Positions 1-13,704 of a stretch of DNA of 64,000 nucleotides are shown here, piece by piece; within the stretch, counting starts at the first letter, position 1, and each line of letters opens with the position of its first letter. Below the pieces are notes generated by a model that made no database searches, was not told the DNA's origin, and saw nothing but the letters and a program-made list of their open reading frames with translations. This DNA comes from Chrysomallon squamiferum (Eukaryota > Animalia > Mollusca), in NCBI GenBank assembly GCA_012295275.1, contig CM022676.1:4526001-4590000 (forward strand), read 5' to 3'. The position numbers were made by a program, and so were the translations under genes.

Positions 1-2641
1 CACCAACAGCAGCAGCAGCTGAAACAGCATCCACAACATCCTCAGCGATCGATGGGTTTCCAGAGTAACCTCAACTCCGGGTCCACTATGCCACAATCTG
101 CACCTGCGCCCTCTCCTGGCAGAACGAATCAGGAGCCTGTACAGCCAAGAGCGGACAACTCTAACTTGTCAGCAGCTCCTAACAGACAAATAGGAGATGG
201 AAGTGGAACGTTACCAAGATTGGACTCCACGCAGAACAAACCCATGGGAGATAATTCGGGAAATATTCCCAGAATGGACGCTACGGTGCACAACAGAGGC
301 AGGATAGACAACTCGAGGTCCAGCTCCTCTGTATGTTCTAATTACCAGCCTCCTCAGAGCATCCCGGGTTTCTCTAATGCTAACAGCATGCTGTCTCCCA
401 AAGATCAGTCGTTTGGCTCCCCTCCTCAGCTGTCCAGCACTATGAAGCTGACGCATCTGCCAGCCATGGGTCAGTCAGGAAAACCGTCTACTAGTATAGC
501 TGCCTCCGAAGCTGCCCAGAGATCAAGAAGTGGAATATTTTCAGCCGAGAACTTCGTGGAGCCGAGCAGGAACGGTAATAACGCACCCCACTTAGGCAAC
601 ATGCCGAGGAACAAAACTACGGCTGCATGAACAACACCGATCCTGGCGGCGACAGCTTCAACTTCACCAGCATCGGTCTCAACCTGTCGTCTAACACTGT
701 TGCAAACAGCTTGCCCAATAGCAGCAACAACAACAACAACAACTCCACTGGCTCGACGCCGTTTTCGTTCAGCTTGACGCCCGTTACGTCGACCACGACG
801 GCAACGACGTCCTGTCCTGCTGCCAGACCTAGTTCTGGACCGTCGCAAGTTGGGCACCACCAGTTTCCTTTCTATCCTCTACACCCATCAGTTTCCCAGC
901 CTGGTGGAAATAATAATAATAATACGAACACTTCTAGCGATTCCCAGGGCGGCCAACCACACTCTTCTGTCCACATGCTAGGATTAGGCATGGACCTGAG
1001 AATGGAGAACGCCAATCAGAACATGAGGCAGGGTTCGAAGTCGCAGATGTCGGGTCAGCAGCCCTCGTTCGGGTTTGGAATGGGAGATGTGGCCAGTCAC
1101 GAGTCTGCGATGCACGACAGCCAGAGGCTGGGGATATCGGACAAAAACAGCACGAACAGTTTCGGCGGCAGCGCCGCTAGCGGGAACCAGAAGAGACACG
1201 CTGAAATGGCTCCCAACAGGACCGTGCAGAGTTCTCAGCACATGGACAACAGCGGCGTTCAGAGACCGCCTCAAGGAAACAACCCGTCTAATTATTTCTC
1301 TCCTTCCTTTCACGGTTCCTCTGCTTCTCTGAACACACCTCCTCTTCACCACCCTCCCATACAAACGCAGAGTTCGGAGAGCTCGCAGGTAAGTTCTAGA
1401 ATGGGCGACAATGCGAGGATCAACAACAAAACCAGAGTGCCGGATAATTCGAATATGCATCAGGACAGTGCGCGGATGCAGCAGGAGATGGCGGAGAGCT
1501 CCAGGCTCGGTCACATGAGGTCCAACTTCACGCCGAACTTCCCCGTGTCGGCGCAGAGTTCCATGTTGTTCGGGAACAACAGGTTTGAGAACGAAGTGTA
1601 CAGCCGGGAGTGCGGCAATCCGCAGCAGTATCAGCAATCGTCCAACGCGTCGGCTGCCAAGAACGTCGGCGGGCCTCCGGCGAAGCAGAAGTCGCCGTCG
1701 CATTCCGCTCATGCTCTCTCTCACCCGCCCTCGGCGGCGTCGCAGAACGTCAACACGAACTCTTCGAGGAGCCACAACTCCAACCACAACATGTCCAGCT
1801 CGCAGAGCTCGAGCCACCCCGTTCCCCACCCGCAGCAGCAGCAGACGACGACGACTCCGCAGCCGCAGAGCAGGTCGGCCAAGTCGCGAAAGCAGAGCAA
1901 GAAGAGCGCCAAGCAGCCTTTCAACATGGAGATGGACACGAACCTGTCGCACTCCATCTTCGACAGCAACCAGGGCATTCCGCCCTACTTCCAGATCCCC
2001 AGCCTGCCGCCTTCGCCGTCGAGGAACCTGCCGAACGAAGGACCTTTTCTTCCGGGCAACTTCTTTGGTTCTAGTGGCCGTCCCTTGTCCAACGCTAGCG
2101 CCAGCATGCCGAAAAACTCGGACCTGGGCACGCCTTTCAACTCTCTGTTCTCTCCGTCTCGACCGCAGAACGGCCTCGGTCTCAACTTCCAGCCGGCGTT
2201 CGGGATGAACCCGGGCAACCCCGTGAACACGTCGCAGATGGCGCCTTCGGGGGCCTCGCCGTGACGCCTCACATGTCGAACTTCAGCCTTAACTTTCTGT
2301 CGGACGTGAACGTGTCGCAGTGCGACTCGCTCAACATATCTCCCATCAAGTTCCACGCCAACCCGATGCTTCCGCACCAGCCGGGCACCGACCCCAACTG
2401 CCCGCTGCAGCATCCGCACCAGGGGCCGGGCCTCTACCACAACCGTGGGCACCCCGGACAGTCGCCGCTCATGCACAACAGCATGAGCATCAACAGCCTG
2501 CTGGGACATAACCCCCACGGGTTCGACACGAGGGCGATGGGACAGCCGATTAACTCGTCGGTGGGGCCGCCCTTCCACGGGCACGGTCACCCCGCGTCCT
2601 TCGCTATGCCGCCATTGAACTTCTCTATGCACGAACACTAA
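1..2641 (+). CDS. USF3: Last coding exon of a USF3/KIAA2018-like bHLH transcription factor (Q/S/N/P-rich C-terminal region, 5'-truncated by the window edge), with two apparent 1-nt deletions
   Basis: Frame 1 is open from base 1 to 630, frame 3 from 627-2264 and frame 2 from 2261-2641. Adding one A at AAAA 613-616 (…RNKNYGCMNNTD…) and one G at GGGGG 2249-2253 (…APSGGLAVTPHM…) joins them into one ORF ending FAMPPLNFSMHEH*. The C-terminal blocks FNSLFSPSRP..FQPAF, TPHMSNFSLNFL and SINSLLGH resemble, from recall, the human USF3 tail in the same order. No bHLH domain is in the window. Confidence 0.62.
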
Positions 2642-2831
2642 GTGGGGTGATACCGACAATGGGTGCGGTTTTTAACTACGTGTGTGTGTGTTGTTGTTGC
2701 TATGTTACGTGACTCGGTCTCGCTGCCTTAATATGCTGTTGTAGCCTGGAAGGCATTCAGTTCAAATCTCTGTGGTTCAGACGTGATTCTGTGATATGGA
2801 ATCATAATTCGTGTTCATTTGATTGTCCGTT

Positions 2832-2878
<47 letters not shown>

Positions 2879-3060
2879 TTATGTTTATGTTTATTATGTT
2901 TATGCTAACGTCTCTTTGTGTGTATCTTAACAGTGTTATTTTAGAAACATTTTAACATGTAAATATTCTATTCGTTATCGTTTCTAAAACAATGTACAAT
3001 TGTGAAAGTAGAAATCGCATTTCATTGTATTATTACTACTAATACTAATACTAATACTTC

Positions 3061-3123
<63 letters not shown>

Positions 3124-3796
3124 GTGTATACCTGTTCCTGTTTAAAATTAATATTTTAAATAGAAATTTACAGAAAAAATAAATACATCATCGATGGGAC
3201 AAGTAATTTGTAATGGAAACAATAACAAAAAGTCATATCAGACTGAGTTCTCGGTATTTACCGTTTCTGAGTATTATAGCAATTTTAGAAAACATGCGTT
3301 ACGGTTGTATTATGAACAGTGAAATTTGTCAAAACCAGAATCTTAACAAACCAACATCCTGTAAATACCGGGCAAAATATTAATCATTATTATTCATTCG
3401 GTCAGAACTTTTGAGTTGAGGTTGAATAATTAAGCGAAAACTCTGTATTCCAAAAAGTCATCTGAAAATGTAATTCTAATTAGGTTTTCACATTATCTGG
3501 TTTAGACACGTTTCGCTATACACGCACGCACAAACACACATACACACGAAAGCAAAAGGTTTAATTTTTAAACTATCACCGTCAGCTTCATCATCATCAT
3601 CATCATCATCATTTTCATCATATCGATTGACTGTGTTCACGCGGCATTTTTCTCGTACTTTCAGATTTTATATTATTTTAGGAAAACATCATTTTATTGT
3701 TAAGAAGAATTTACTGTTTTGTTATGTTAAGTAGACCATGACTGTTTTAAATTGTCCACATTTTTAAATATATGTTTTATAAACTACGTGATACTG

Positions 3797-3861
<65 letters not shown>

Positions 3862-3913
3862 TTATGTGGGGAAAAAAAATCATAACCATTACTGCTTCTA
3901 AGCTGCATATTGT

Positions 3914-3944
<31 letters not shown>

Positions 3945-4941
3945 TCTATCTATTTATTTATTTATTTATTACCAAAATCATGAAAATGTACTGTTAATTT
4001 TACAGTGGTATTTCACTTAAGAATAATTTTAAAAAAAAACGATCAGAGACAAAAACTATTATTAGAGCAACATACCTTGGTTGGCTAAAATCTTGTAAAT
4101 ATTATTAATTTTGGTCGACGTTTACATTTGTTGAAGATGTGATACTTTAAAGGACATCTGAGTCTAAGAACAGTTATTTTCTGATGTATTTATTATTTAT
4201 TATTACCGTTATATCGAACGAATCGGCTACATGAATACATTTTTAAAACAAATCGGTAAAAATAAATAAATAATCGATGGACGATTGCAAGGATAGATGG
4301 ATGTTTATAGACAATGAAAGATGCAGAACAAATTTAAGAAAAGGCAAACGAAACAAAAAGTATTCTATTTTTGTCATTTTATTTTATCACAGTTATCATT
4401 TCATATATATATATATTGAATTTTTACTCTAAAACGAACAAACACATCTTCGGATGAAAACTTTTTAGAAGCAGAATATGACTCGTTGGTTTCTTTTAAT
4501 ATATATATATTTTTTATTTGTTTATTTTTAAAATCTTTAAATTGTTCAGTCGGCATTTAAAATAATATTTAAAACAAAATTTAAAATTTGTTCTTCTTGA
4601 TTTGAAACCAGAGTAGCTGTGTTTTTAATCGGTTTTATTTTGTTTTTATTTCTTATTGTTATTTTTTTATTTTACTTGTTCGTTTCGTGTTTAAAACAAA
4701 AATAATCACCATGTTTTAATCTTTGGCAGCCATCACGTTCAGTGACTTTAGGTACGCTTCGTAGAAACAGGTCACAAATACATTTTTATTTGTTAAAAAA
4801 ATAATAATAATAAGAGACTGGAATTGCCTTTTTATTTATTTTTTTTTTTTTTTTTTTTTCGCTGATTAAAAAAGTATGGGTGATGTTGCATAGCAGTCGT
4901 TATCTTTATTATTATTGTTGTTATTATTATTATTGTTATTA

Positions 4942-5030
<89 letters not shown>

Positions 5031-5605
5031 TTCACTAATTGAAGCTGTCTATATTTGTATCTGTGATCAACATTCTTGTTTTATATACAATTTGGACAAA
5101 AGCTGTTTCAGTTTATTTTTTATTTTATTTTTTAAGTCCTCATATTTTACTGTATTGTGTTATTTATCATTGTTATTATTATCATGATCATGATCATTAT
5201 TATTGTGAATTGTTGAATTGTCAAAAGCATAATAGTAAAAGTATTATAATTAAATATACATACATACAAACATATGTACGTACGTACATACATATATATA
5301 TAAATACAAGCAGACTTACTTAAATGCGTCGTACGTAAATACGTGTACAGTCTTAAATAAATAGACACGCATGCGCAGACATTTAAAAAAGTTCAGTTAC
5401 AGAAAATTAGTTGTACAAATTACGATACAAATTTTCCATTAGATAAACCAATATATTTTTATTTATTATTTTTGTATTCAATAACTTTGTTTTATTATAT
5501 CAAACTCTCTTTCAGGACGTAATTTTCACATTGTTCATATTAAAATTTAAATTGTGTATATATTGTACGAATGCTGTATATCATTAAACTTGATTTTTGT
5601 ACATC
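2642..5605 (+). other. Probable ~3 kb 3' UTR of the USF3-like gene
   Basis: AT-rich sequence follows the stop. ATTAAA at 5583-5588 is followed by a T-rich tract typical of a poly(A) site. Earlier AATAAA sites exist, so the end is uncertain. Confidence 0.3.
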
Positions 5606-6721
5606 TTGCTTTCTCTCCTTCTTTCTGAACATCTGTTTTTTCATTGGCTGTGTTTAACAGTGTGTTTTTATTGCATGACAAATAAGTAAATGTATGTAAA
5701 GTGATCGTTTAGGAGTCTTGAATATTAGCACCTTAATAATTTAAAAATAATAATAAGTAAAGAATGAAAGAAGACGTGTTTTAAGAGATTTTAGTTCAAA
5801 TTAATAAAAAATAAAAAAAATTACATAAAAAAATAGCTCTTTGTTTTAGGCGATACTGCTTTCAAAATAAAGAAAGAAACGTTAAGTTTCCGATCTAATT
5901 TTTAAATTAGTAAAAAAAAATAAAAGTTTAAATTCATTCACACACACACACACACAGACACACATGCACGTTATTTTTGTTTATGTTTCAATGCATTTTA
6001 TTTATTGTTTTAAAAATAATCTATAATGACTTGGTTACTTATCTATCGTTGTGTTTATATACAGAAATAACAAATAAGTGTACAAATAATTAATAACTGA
6101 TACGTTTTTCGACCTGGAGTATCGTAAAACATTCATTCATTCAATTAATGACCACGAATTCCATTGATTTTAAACCTTCATATTATATCGACTATCAAAT
6201 TTTTAGTAATTTAATTTAGTAATGTCTAAATTATTTTTGAATCGGTTATACACGAAGTATTATGTGAATTAATTATCGCCAATATTTTCATTTAATGAAC
6301 TCGAAAATTTTTTTTTATTTTAATCGACATAGTTTGGAAAAATCATGCTAGTAACGTAATTAAGTGAAAATAAGTAACTCAAAGCAGGCTTACAATTTTT
6401 GAATACAGATCTAAATACAAATTAAGTGTTAAAATCTTTTCTTTTTTTTTTTTTTTTTTTTTACTATTAATTTTTTTTTTTGTAATCTTTCACAATATGT
6501 GTATTTCATATATTAATGTGAAACTCTTTAAAAGATTTATCATCATCATCATCATCATCATCTATAATTGTCATTATTTCGACTTTTTCTTTCACAAATA
6601 AACTAACGTTTTTTATGTGCTTATTAAACTTTCATGCCTTTGTTTGTTTGCTTACTGAACAGTCTTTAATACGACAGGCATTAGTTTTAATCTTTTTTTG
6701 TTTGTTCGTTGTATTTTCTTT

Positions 6722-6755
<34 letters not shown>

Positions 6756-6851
6756 CTCAGTTATAATTTTGCAACAGTAACAAATTAACTTCGTGAATAT
6801 AACATTCATTAATTTGGACTGCTTGTTCTTTATTAATAAAACAACGTATTG

Positions 6852-6956
<105 letters not shown>

Positions 6957-7044
6957 AATACATCAGTGACGGTAATAACTTTAACTTCTCGGGTTAAATA
7001 ATATTCAACATCTTAATATTAAAGAAATGACGGTACATTTTAAA

Positions 7045-7083
<39 letters not shown>

Positions 7084-7901
7084 AATATATATTTATAATT
7101 TTTCGACTGTTTGTGCAGACATATTGCCTATGTGTATATAACAGTGATTATTTTTTAAATGGCTTTTATGTGTATGAATATTAACGTCAAATCAAACGTC
7201 GACAGTCATAATTTTGACTGTATATTATTCGTGTGATCATACTGACTGTGTTTTTTAAACATGTATATCATATACGTAATTATTTTCACAGTATTTTGTA
7301 GGTATTATATATGTGTCTGTGTAATATCAAATTATTTTTACCGTACGTTATGTGTAATAAGCAATTATATGTGTAATTAATTTGACTCGTGTTTTAAAGA
7401 TGTAAATTATGTGTGTAATAACTGGTTGTATTATATGTGTAATTACGTGTTTTTGATATTGTTTTCTCACAGGTAATTATCCTGGTTGTGAATATATTTA
7501 CTTGACAATATCTTTGGTGCTGTGTATAGTTTTTTTTATGTACAGACAAAATTGTTCTATATATAAATATATAATTATATATATATATACATAGGAAATG
7601 AATATTAAACATCTTGTATATTAAACATTGACAGTGTGTTTTGTTTTTGATTCTTCTTTTCTTTACTTTTTTCCTCTTTTTGTTTGTTTTTTTATTACTT
7701 ATTATTTCTTTTTATATTATATTTTTTTATTTTTTTATTACTTATTATTACTTGTTTTTTATTTTTTATTTTTTTATTTTTTTATTTTTTTGTGATAGAA
7801 CATTTTATTCCAGAATTAACGTATTATATATTTAATTTAGAAAGTTATAATTATTATTATTATCATAATCATACTTATCTTCATCATTATTATCATCATC
7901 A

Positions 7902-7933
<32 letters not shown>

Positions 7934-7939
7934 TGTCGC

Positions 7940-8020
<81 letters not shown>

Positions 8021-8990
8021 CGCTATTATTATTACTACTAAGAATAATGAACTTGATTCTTTTTTTCATACATAAGTGTTTTTAGTGCGGGTACACAGAC
8101 ACACCCACAAAAACCTGTACGCCCAGTAATTAGGAACTTCAATAAAGTATACTGACAACACATGAGTAAAAGGATGCAGTGACAACAACGTCGGCCACAC
8201 CCTCTCCGGCTAAGAGCAACCAGTGAGCGGCAACGATCTCAGCACTTTAACATCTTAACTAAAACAATTTATTTTAACCTTTGCCATCACCAATTGCCTC
8301 TGTGTTGCACCCTGCAGCCAGTTCACCGAAACTTGGAAGGAAAAGCTTCTAGCGATGACTTTACGCCAATATCGATAATCGTTCATCGCCGGAAGCTAGC
8401 ATATCGTAGTCTCGTTTTGTAATTATCGGTGATTGAATTAAACAAGAGAAGGGTTGGCAATTATTGCAATGCGAATCGTGATAATGATAAGAAGACAAAC
8501 GGAATCATCCCGATACGAGATAATCGTTTGTTATCGATATATCGTATTCGTAATTACCCCCCCCACCCCATCAGCGATAACCGACCCATTTGACAATACG
8601 ATACAAATTAGTACGTCGATTGTTCAACAAATGTTTTGATAGGCGAAAGCTTTGATTAGTTGTTTCGATGACAGAAATAAACGTCACCGGCTTTAGGCTG
8701 TAGCAGATAAAAATCTGGATGAAGATGAAAGAAAACAAAAGGATGCTTTCGTATCGGTGATTCAGGGTGGAAACAACAACAAAAGAAAACAAACGGAAAA
8801 GGTTTTCTTAAGACGAGTGATACAGATTTAGATTTGTTTTAGTTATAAAGATATTTCAGAATTTCCATACTGTGAGCAGTGTTCAAAAATCCAGAGGGCT
8901 AGGTTAAGTATGAGTATGTTTTTGTGAGCGTGTGCTTGTGTGTTTGTGTGTATCTGTGGATATGTATACTTATGTGTATGTGTGTGTGTA

Positions 8991-9032
<42 letters not shown>

Positions 9033-9166
9033 ACACTAAATTATAACACAAAATAATAAGAGAGTTATTCTAGTACTGTAAAACCAAAAACAAAACAAAA
9101 CAGAATCTAAATAAAAAGAAAACTAATTTTTTTTTTTTTTTTTTAAGTTTTTACAAAATCCGCATT

Positions 9167-10290
9167 TCACAAGTCGGTAGGCGGGTAGCATTTCTTCATA
9201 TCCAACCATTTGTCGATATCGGGGTACGTCTTTGCAGACGACGGAAGCGCGTGCAACTTCCGACAGAGGTCGCACCACGGGTCTTGTTTCCCGGGCCCGT
9301 ACTCGGATTTTCTTCTCAGCACTTCCGCGTAAGCCGTATCGTTTTTGTCGAGCGCGAGCAGATAACCCGCCAAGTCTCGAGTCGTCTTGAACTCCTTCGT
9401 GTAAATGACGGAGCCCGGCGGGAATTCGTTGTCGTCGTCACCTCCGCGGATCACTGGCACGATGTCGTGGTCGAAGAGCTTGAAGACCTTCTCGGAGAAG
9501 TAGTCCCCGCACAGGACGCTCTCGAAGGAGAAGTAAAACTTGTGCTGCCTGTAGCAGTCCGGCTCCATTTCTTTCGTCAGGACCTCTCCGCCGCACCTTC
9601 CGTAGCTGTCCGTCTGAACTCCGAGTTTCTCCAGCAGCTTCACGAAGTCCTCTCGCCTGCCTTCGGTACGACAGTGGCTGGCGAACCAGGCAGCCGTTCT
9701 GTTCTTCGACTTGGCGATTTCCAGCCAGTTCTTCTCGGGCGGCGAGTCCCGTTTCTCGAACGTCCCGTAGTAGTACGGGATGTCGGAGTCCCTCCTGAAC
9801 GTCATCGTCCAGTTGAACGAGGTCTTCCAGAACGCCGAGGGCCACTTGGCGTATCTGATGTTGTTTTCGGGCTCGTGACAGAAGAACACCCACACCTGGT
9901 GTGCGTTCGGTCTGCTCGGAGGCCGCTCCCACCGCTGCAAGTAAAAAGCGTTGAAGACGACGGCGTCGGCGTTCGTCAGGTTCTTCGTCCTCTCCGTCTT
10001 GCACTTGACGTTGCCGTCGCAGACGAGGGTGCCGGCACGCGTGGCCGGAAAGGTCGTTTCCCGGCGTAAAATGCGATAAGCTTTTCTCCGTTACGACGAG
10101 TTGCGTGCGTCGTCGTGTTTGCGACGTGTTCGACGACGACGACGACTGCGATTACGAACCGTAACCGCCGGTGGCTACGGCGACGTTTTCGATCAGACTC
10201 TTTTTGGCGATGATGACAGTGTAGTTTGAGTAAAAGAACGTGACGAACAACAGAAGCGGAATACAGATGACCCATGAAAATTGAAATTTT
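9167..10290 (-). CDS. GT10 alpha-1,3-fucosyltransferase paralog A, main exon (TM anchor, stem, catalytic domain), interrupted by two frameshifts
   Basis: The acceptor tttttcag ends at 10291. Frame A gives KFQFSWVICIPLLLFVTFFYS (TM). Frame B gives EKLIAFYAG. Frame C gives VC…C…NADAVVFNAF, FNWTMTFRRDSDI, AAWFASHC…R, HKFYFSFESVLCGDYFSEKVF, DIVPVIRGG, YLLALDKNDTAY and WCDLCRKL, all GT10 hallmarks. Confidence 0.88.
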
Positions 10291-10349
10291 CTGAAAAATA
10301 AATAATGTTACAAGTTAGTTTACACATCAGTTGCGTACAATGTTAATAG

Positions 10350-11140
10350 ACGTAGTGGCAGTAGTAGTAGTAATAATAGTAGTAGTAGTAGTAGACGCAG
10401 CAGTAGTGATAGTAGTGATGGTGATGATAGTAGTCGTAGTAGTTGTACTAGTAGCAGTAATAGTAGTAATGGAATAGTAGTATTAGTGGGAATAATAGTA
10501 GTAATGGAATACTAGTGTTAGTGGTAATAATACAAGCAGTAGTGGTGATAGTAGTTGTAGTAATACTAATAGTAGTAATATTAGGATTAGGAATAATAGT
10601 TGTAGTAGTAGTGATGATACTAGTAACTGTAGCAAGAGTAGTGGTAGTAATAATAGTTCTGAAAATAATAATCTGAAAATAAACAATAGTACTAATCAGT
10701 CAATTACTAATGAATTACATACAGTAATAATAGATGCAGCAGCAGTACTATTAGTAGTAGTCGTGGTAGTAGTAGTGGTGGTACTAATAGTATTTATAAT
10801 ATTAGTAGTAGTGGTACCAGTAGTAGCGGTACCAGTACTAGTGTTTTATTAGTAGCAGCAGAAGTAGTAGTAATAGTAACAGTAATAGTGGACGTAGTGA
10901 TGGAATAGAAGAATTAGTGGGAGTAATAATAACAGTAGCAGTAGTGGTAGTAGTAGTAGTAGTGGTGGTTGTTGTAGTAGTAGTAGTAGTAGTAGAAGTA
11001 GTGGTGGTGGTTGTAGTAGTAGAAGTAGTGGTGGTGGTTGTAGTAGGAGTAGTAGTAGCTGTTGTTATAATGCAAGTGGCAGTTGTCGTAGTAGTCGTAG
11101 TGGTGGTGGTGGTGGTAGTAGTAATAACTGTGGTAATAAT
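10350..11140. repeat. Degenerate (TAG/TGG)n microsatellite field
   Basis: Trinucleotide runs visible directly. They give rise to the poly-V/L ORFs. Confidence 0.9.
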
Positions 11141-11215
11141 ATCAGCTGAGAACTGTATCAGCGGGTTTTTTTTAATGGTTCCCGGGGAGGCGAGATTTTG
11201 TTTCCCTGAAAAACG

Positions 11216-11395
11216 TTTTGAAATTCGCGCATGCGCACTTGCCTCGTGTATCTACTTAGCATAATGCACTGAGTTGTTCACAGTGTCCCACAAACACGAA
11301 TTCGCTTCAGTACAAAAATTTATTTTATTTATTTATTTATTTATTTTTTTTTTTTTTGTCTTCCTACTAGGCCTGGGAGTTCACGAAGGTGTAGA

Positions 11396-11436
<41 letters not shown>

Positions 11437-11781
11437 AGCCATACGGATGAATAAATTCACACATGCTAGCAGTTCATAAATGTTTTGTATGTAGTATCAG
11501 CTGTGCATAACTTCTCATACGCTTTCGATTCACGTGCGCTGCTCATGCTTACCGCTGCACTATTTAATACAACTGCAGAAGCGTGGACAAAGTCGTAACT
11601 GTCAAGGTTGTAACAAAATATATTTGCACGCACCGCAGAAATGTGTCACTTGACACTGGATCTTCGAAGAGCAAGAAAAAATCGACGATGAACTGTTCCT
11701 ACCTGTTTAAAATCACGCCCTGGTTAATTTGCAGTGTTCCTGATCTGGCAAGGAGTAAGTGCGCATGCGCGAATGTCGAAA
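11216..11781. mobile_element. MITE-like segment bounded by inverted repeats, in the intron of fucosyltransferase A
   Basis: ATTCGCGCATGCGCACTT (11223-11240) is the exact reverse complement of AAGTGCGCATGCGCGAAT (11757-11774), with imperfect outward extension. No TSD was identified. Confidence 0.35.
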
Positions 11782-12326
11782 AGTGTCGTATACGTAAAAA
11801 AAAAAAAAAAAAAAAAAAATCTCGGTTTCAGATCTCGAGCAAAAACGTGCATAACTGAGGATAGGTGTATAAAATGGCGTAATTTAACTTTACACTGGTT
11901 TAACAGATATTATTTAGGACAGTAAGATATTCCTCTCCCCTCCACCGTTAAAAACAGGGCATGCGCAGTGGGGTCTGTTATTGTACTTCGGGGATTTTTA
12001 TCGTCTCTACCTGCTGTCAGGTCTTTTTTTTAATTATTATTATTCTGTTCGCTATTTGATATGCTTCAACTTCGAGGCCTCCTGCTCGTTAAACAAGACG
12101 CAAGCTGTTTTACAGCGAATAATGTTGCTGCAGTATTTTACTGTCAGTAACATAATTATGTTGTTGTATACCGTAACTAGATTATGTCGTCTGCAACTGT
12201 TGTATTTTTTTTTTTTTTTTTTTTTTTAACGAGTGGGCAGAAATTTCTGTATGAGACTAACGATCACTGACTTAAAGGGACACCACTCTAACGTAAAAAA
12301 AAAAAAAAAAAAAGTTCTACCAGCGT

Positions 12327-12342
12327 CCGCCAGATGGCAGCA
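12327..12342 (+). promoter_or_regulatory. Candidate CTCF site
   Basis: CCGCCAGATGGCAGCA closely matches the CTCF core CCASYAGRKGGCRS. Confidence 0.45.
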
Positions 12343-12696
12343 GTAGTCACATGAGCCAGATTAAATCCTTACTATATATCAGACATTGCAGACGAGAAGA
12401 AATTCGAAGCGTCGCTGCCATTGAAACTATTTTCTCCTTTTACTTCCATCTTATTTGTTTTTTAATTATTATTATTATTATTATTATTTTTTTATTTTAT
12501 TTTTTATTTTTTAAATTATTGGCGTGAAGAATGCTGGAAGTTATCCCGGAGAAACAGAATCGCAACAAAAAAAACAAAAAAAACTCTGTGCCTGTTTTAA
12601 CCACATATCTTTACTGGTGTCATTCTTCATCAAATGAACTGGACAGTGGTGCTCAGTCTTTATGGGTTTTTTTTTTTTTTCTTTCTTAATTTCTTT

Positions 12697-12721
12697 CTTT
12701 ATTATTATTATTATTATTATT

Positions 12722-12760
<39 letters not shown>

Positions 12761-13089
12761 GCTGTGATTGTTGTTGTTATTATTATTATCAGCATTATTA
12801 TTATTATTATTATTATTATCATCATCATCATCATCATTATTGTTGTTATTATTATTATTATTATTATCATTATTATTATATTATTATCAGCATCATCATT
12901 ACTATTATCATGATCATTATTATTATTGCTATTATTATTGTTATTATTATTATTATTATTATTATCATCATCATCATCATCATTATTATTGTTATTATTA
13001 TTATTATTATTATTATCATTATTATTATATTATTATCAGCATCATTATTACTATTATCATTATCATTATTATTATTATTGCTGTTATTA

Positions 13090-13120
<31 letters not shown>

Positions 13121-13132
13121 CATCATCATTCA

Positions 13133-13226
<94 letters not shown>
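12697..13226. repeat. Compound (ATT)n/(GTT)n/(ATC)n microsatellite with an internal ~150-bp duplication
   Basis: The block …TATCATTATTATTATATTATTATCAGCATCAT… occurs near 12865 and again near 13015. Confidence 0.9.
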
Positions 13227-13499
13227 GTCTTTAGATGCATACATTGAAAAGTCAGGATTATCCCGAACGTTCTTGACTTTTTATTAGCCGCTGTTAATGT
13301 TGATGTATTACGACGTCAGCACAAAAGACCCTCTTTCTTTTCAAAAGCTTTGAGAGATTCTGTTACGACACGCATCAATAGATGTGAAAAGAAAATTGTT
13401 CTGTGCATGCATAAGTTGTCTTATTTGTATTCATATCGGTATTAACAGGTTTAAATAGCTGTATAATATTCACTATATATAATCTAAACCATTTATAAT

Positions 13500-13596
13500 T
13501 AGAAGAAGAAGAAGAAGAATATTAGTAGCAGTAGTAGTAGTAGTAGTAGAAGTAGCAGTAGTAGTAGTGGTAATAGTAGTAGTTGTAGTAGTAGTA

Positions 13597-13629
<33 letters not shown>

Positions 13630-13630
13630 A

Positions 13631-13704
<74 letters not shown>

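Noticed and set aside
9251-10069. 272-aa plus-strand ORF, and the 322-aa and 224-aa antisense ORFs over 984-2659
   Set aside because: Shadow ORFs of GC-rich coding exons with no recognisable motifs.
9976-10275. 99-aa ORF from ATG 10275 as the true start of fucosyltransferase A
   Set aside because: The TM segment aligning with paralog B is in a different frame, and this frame's hydrophobic stretch is too short for an anchor.
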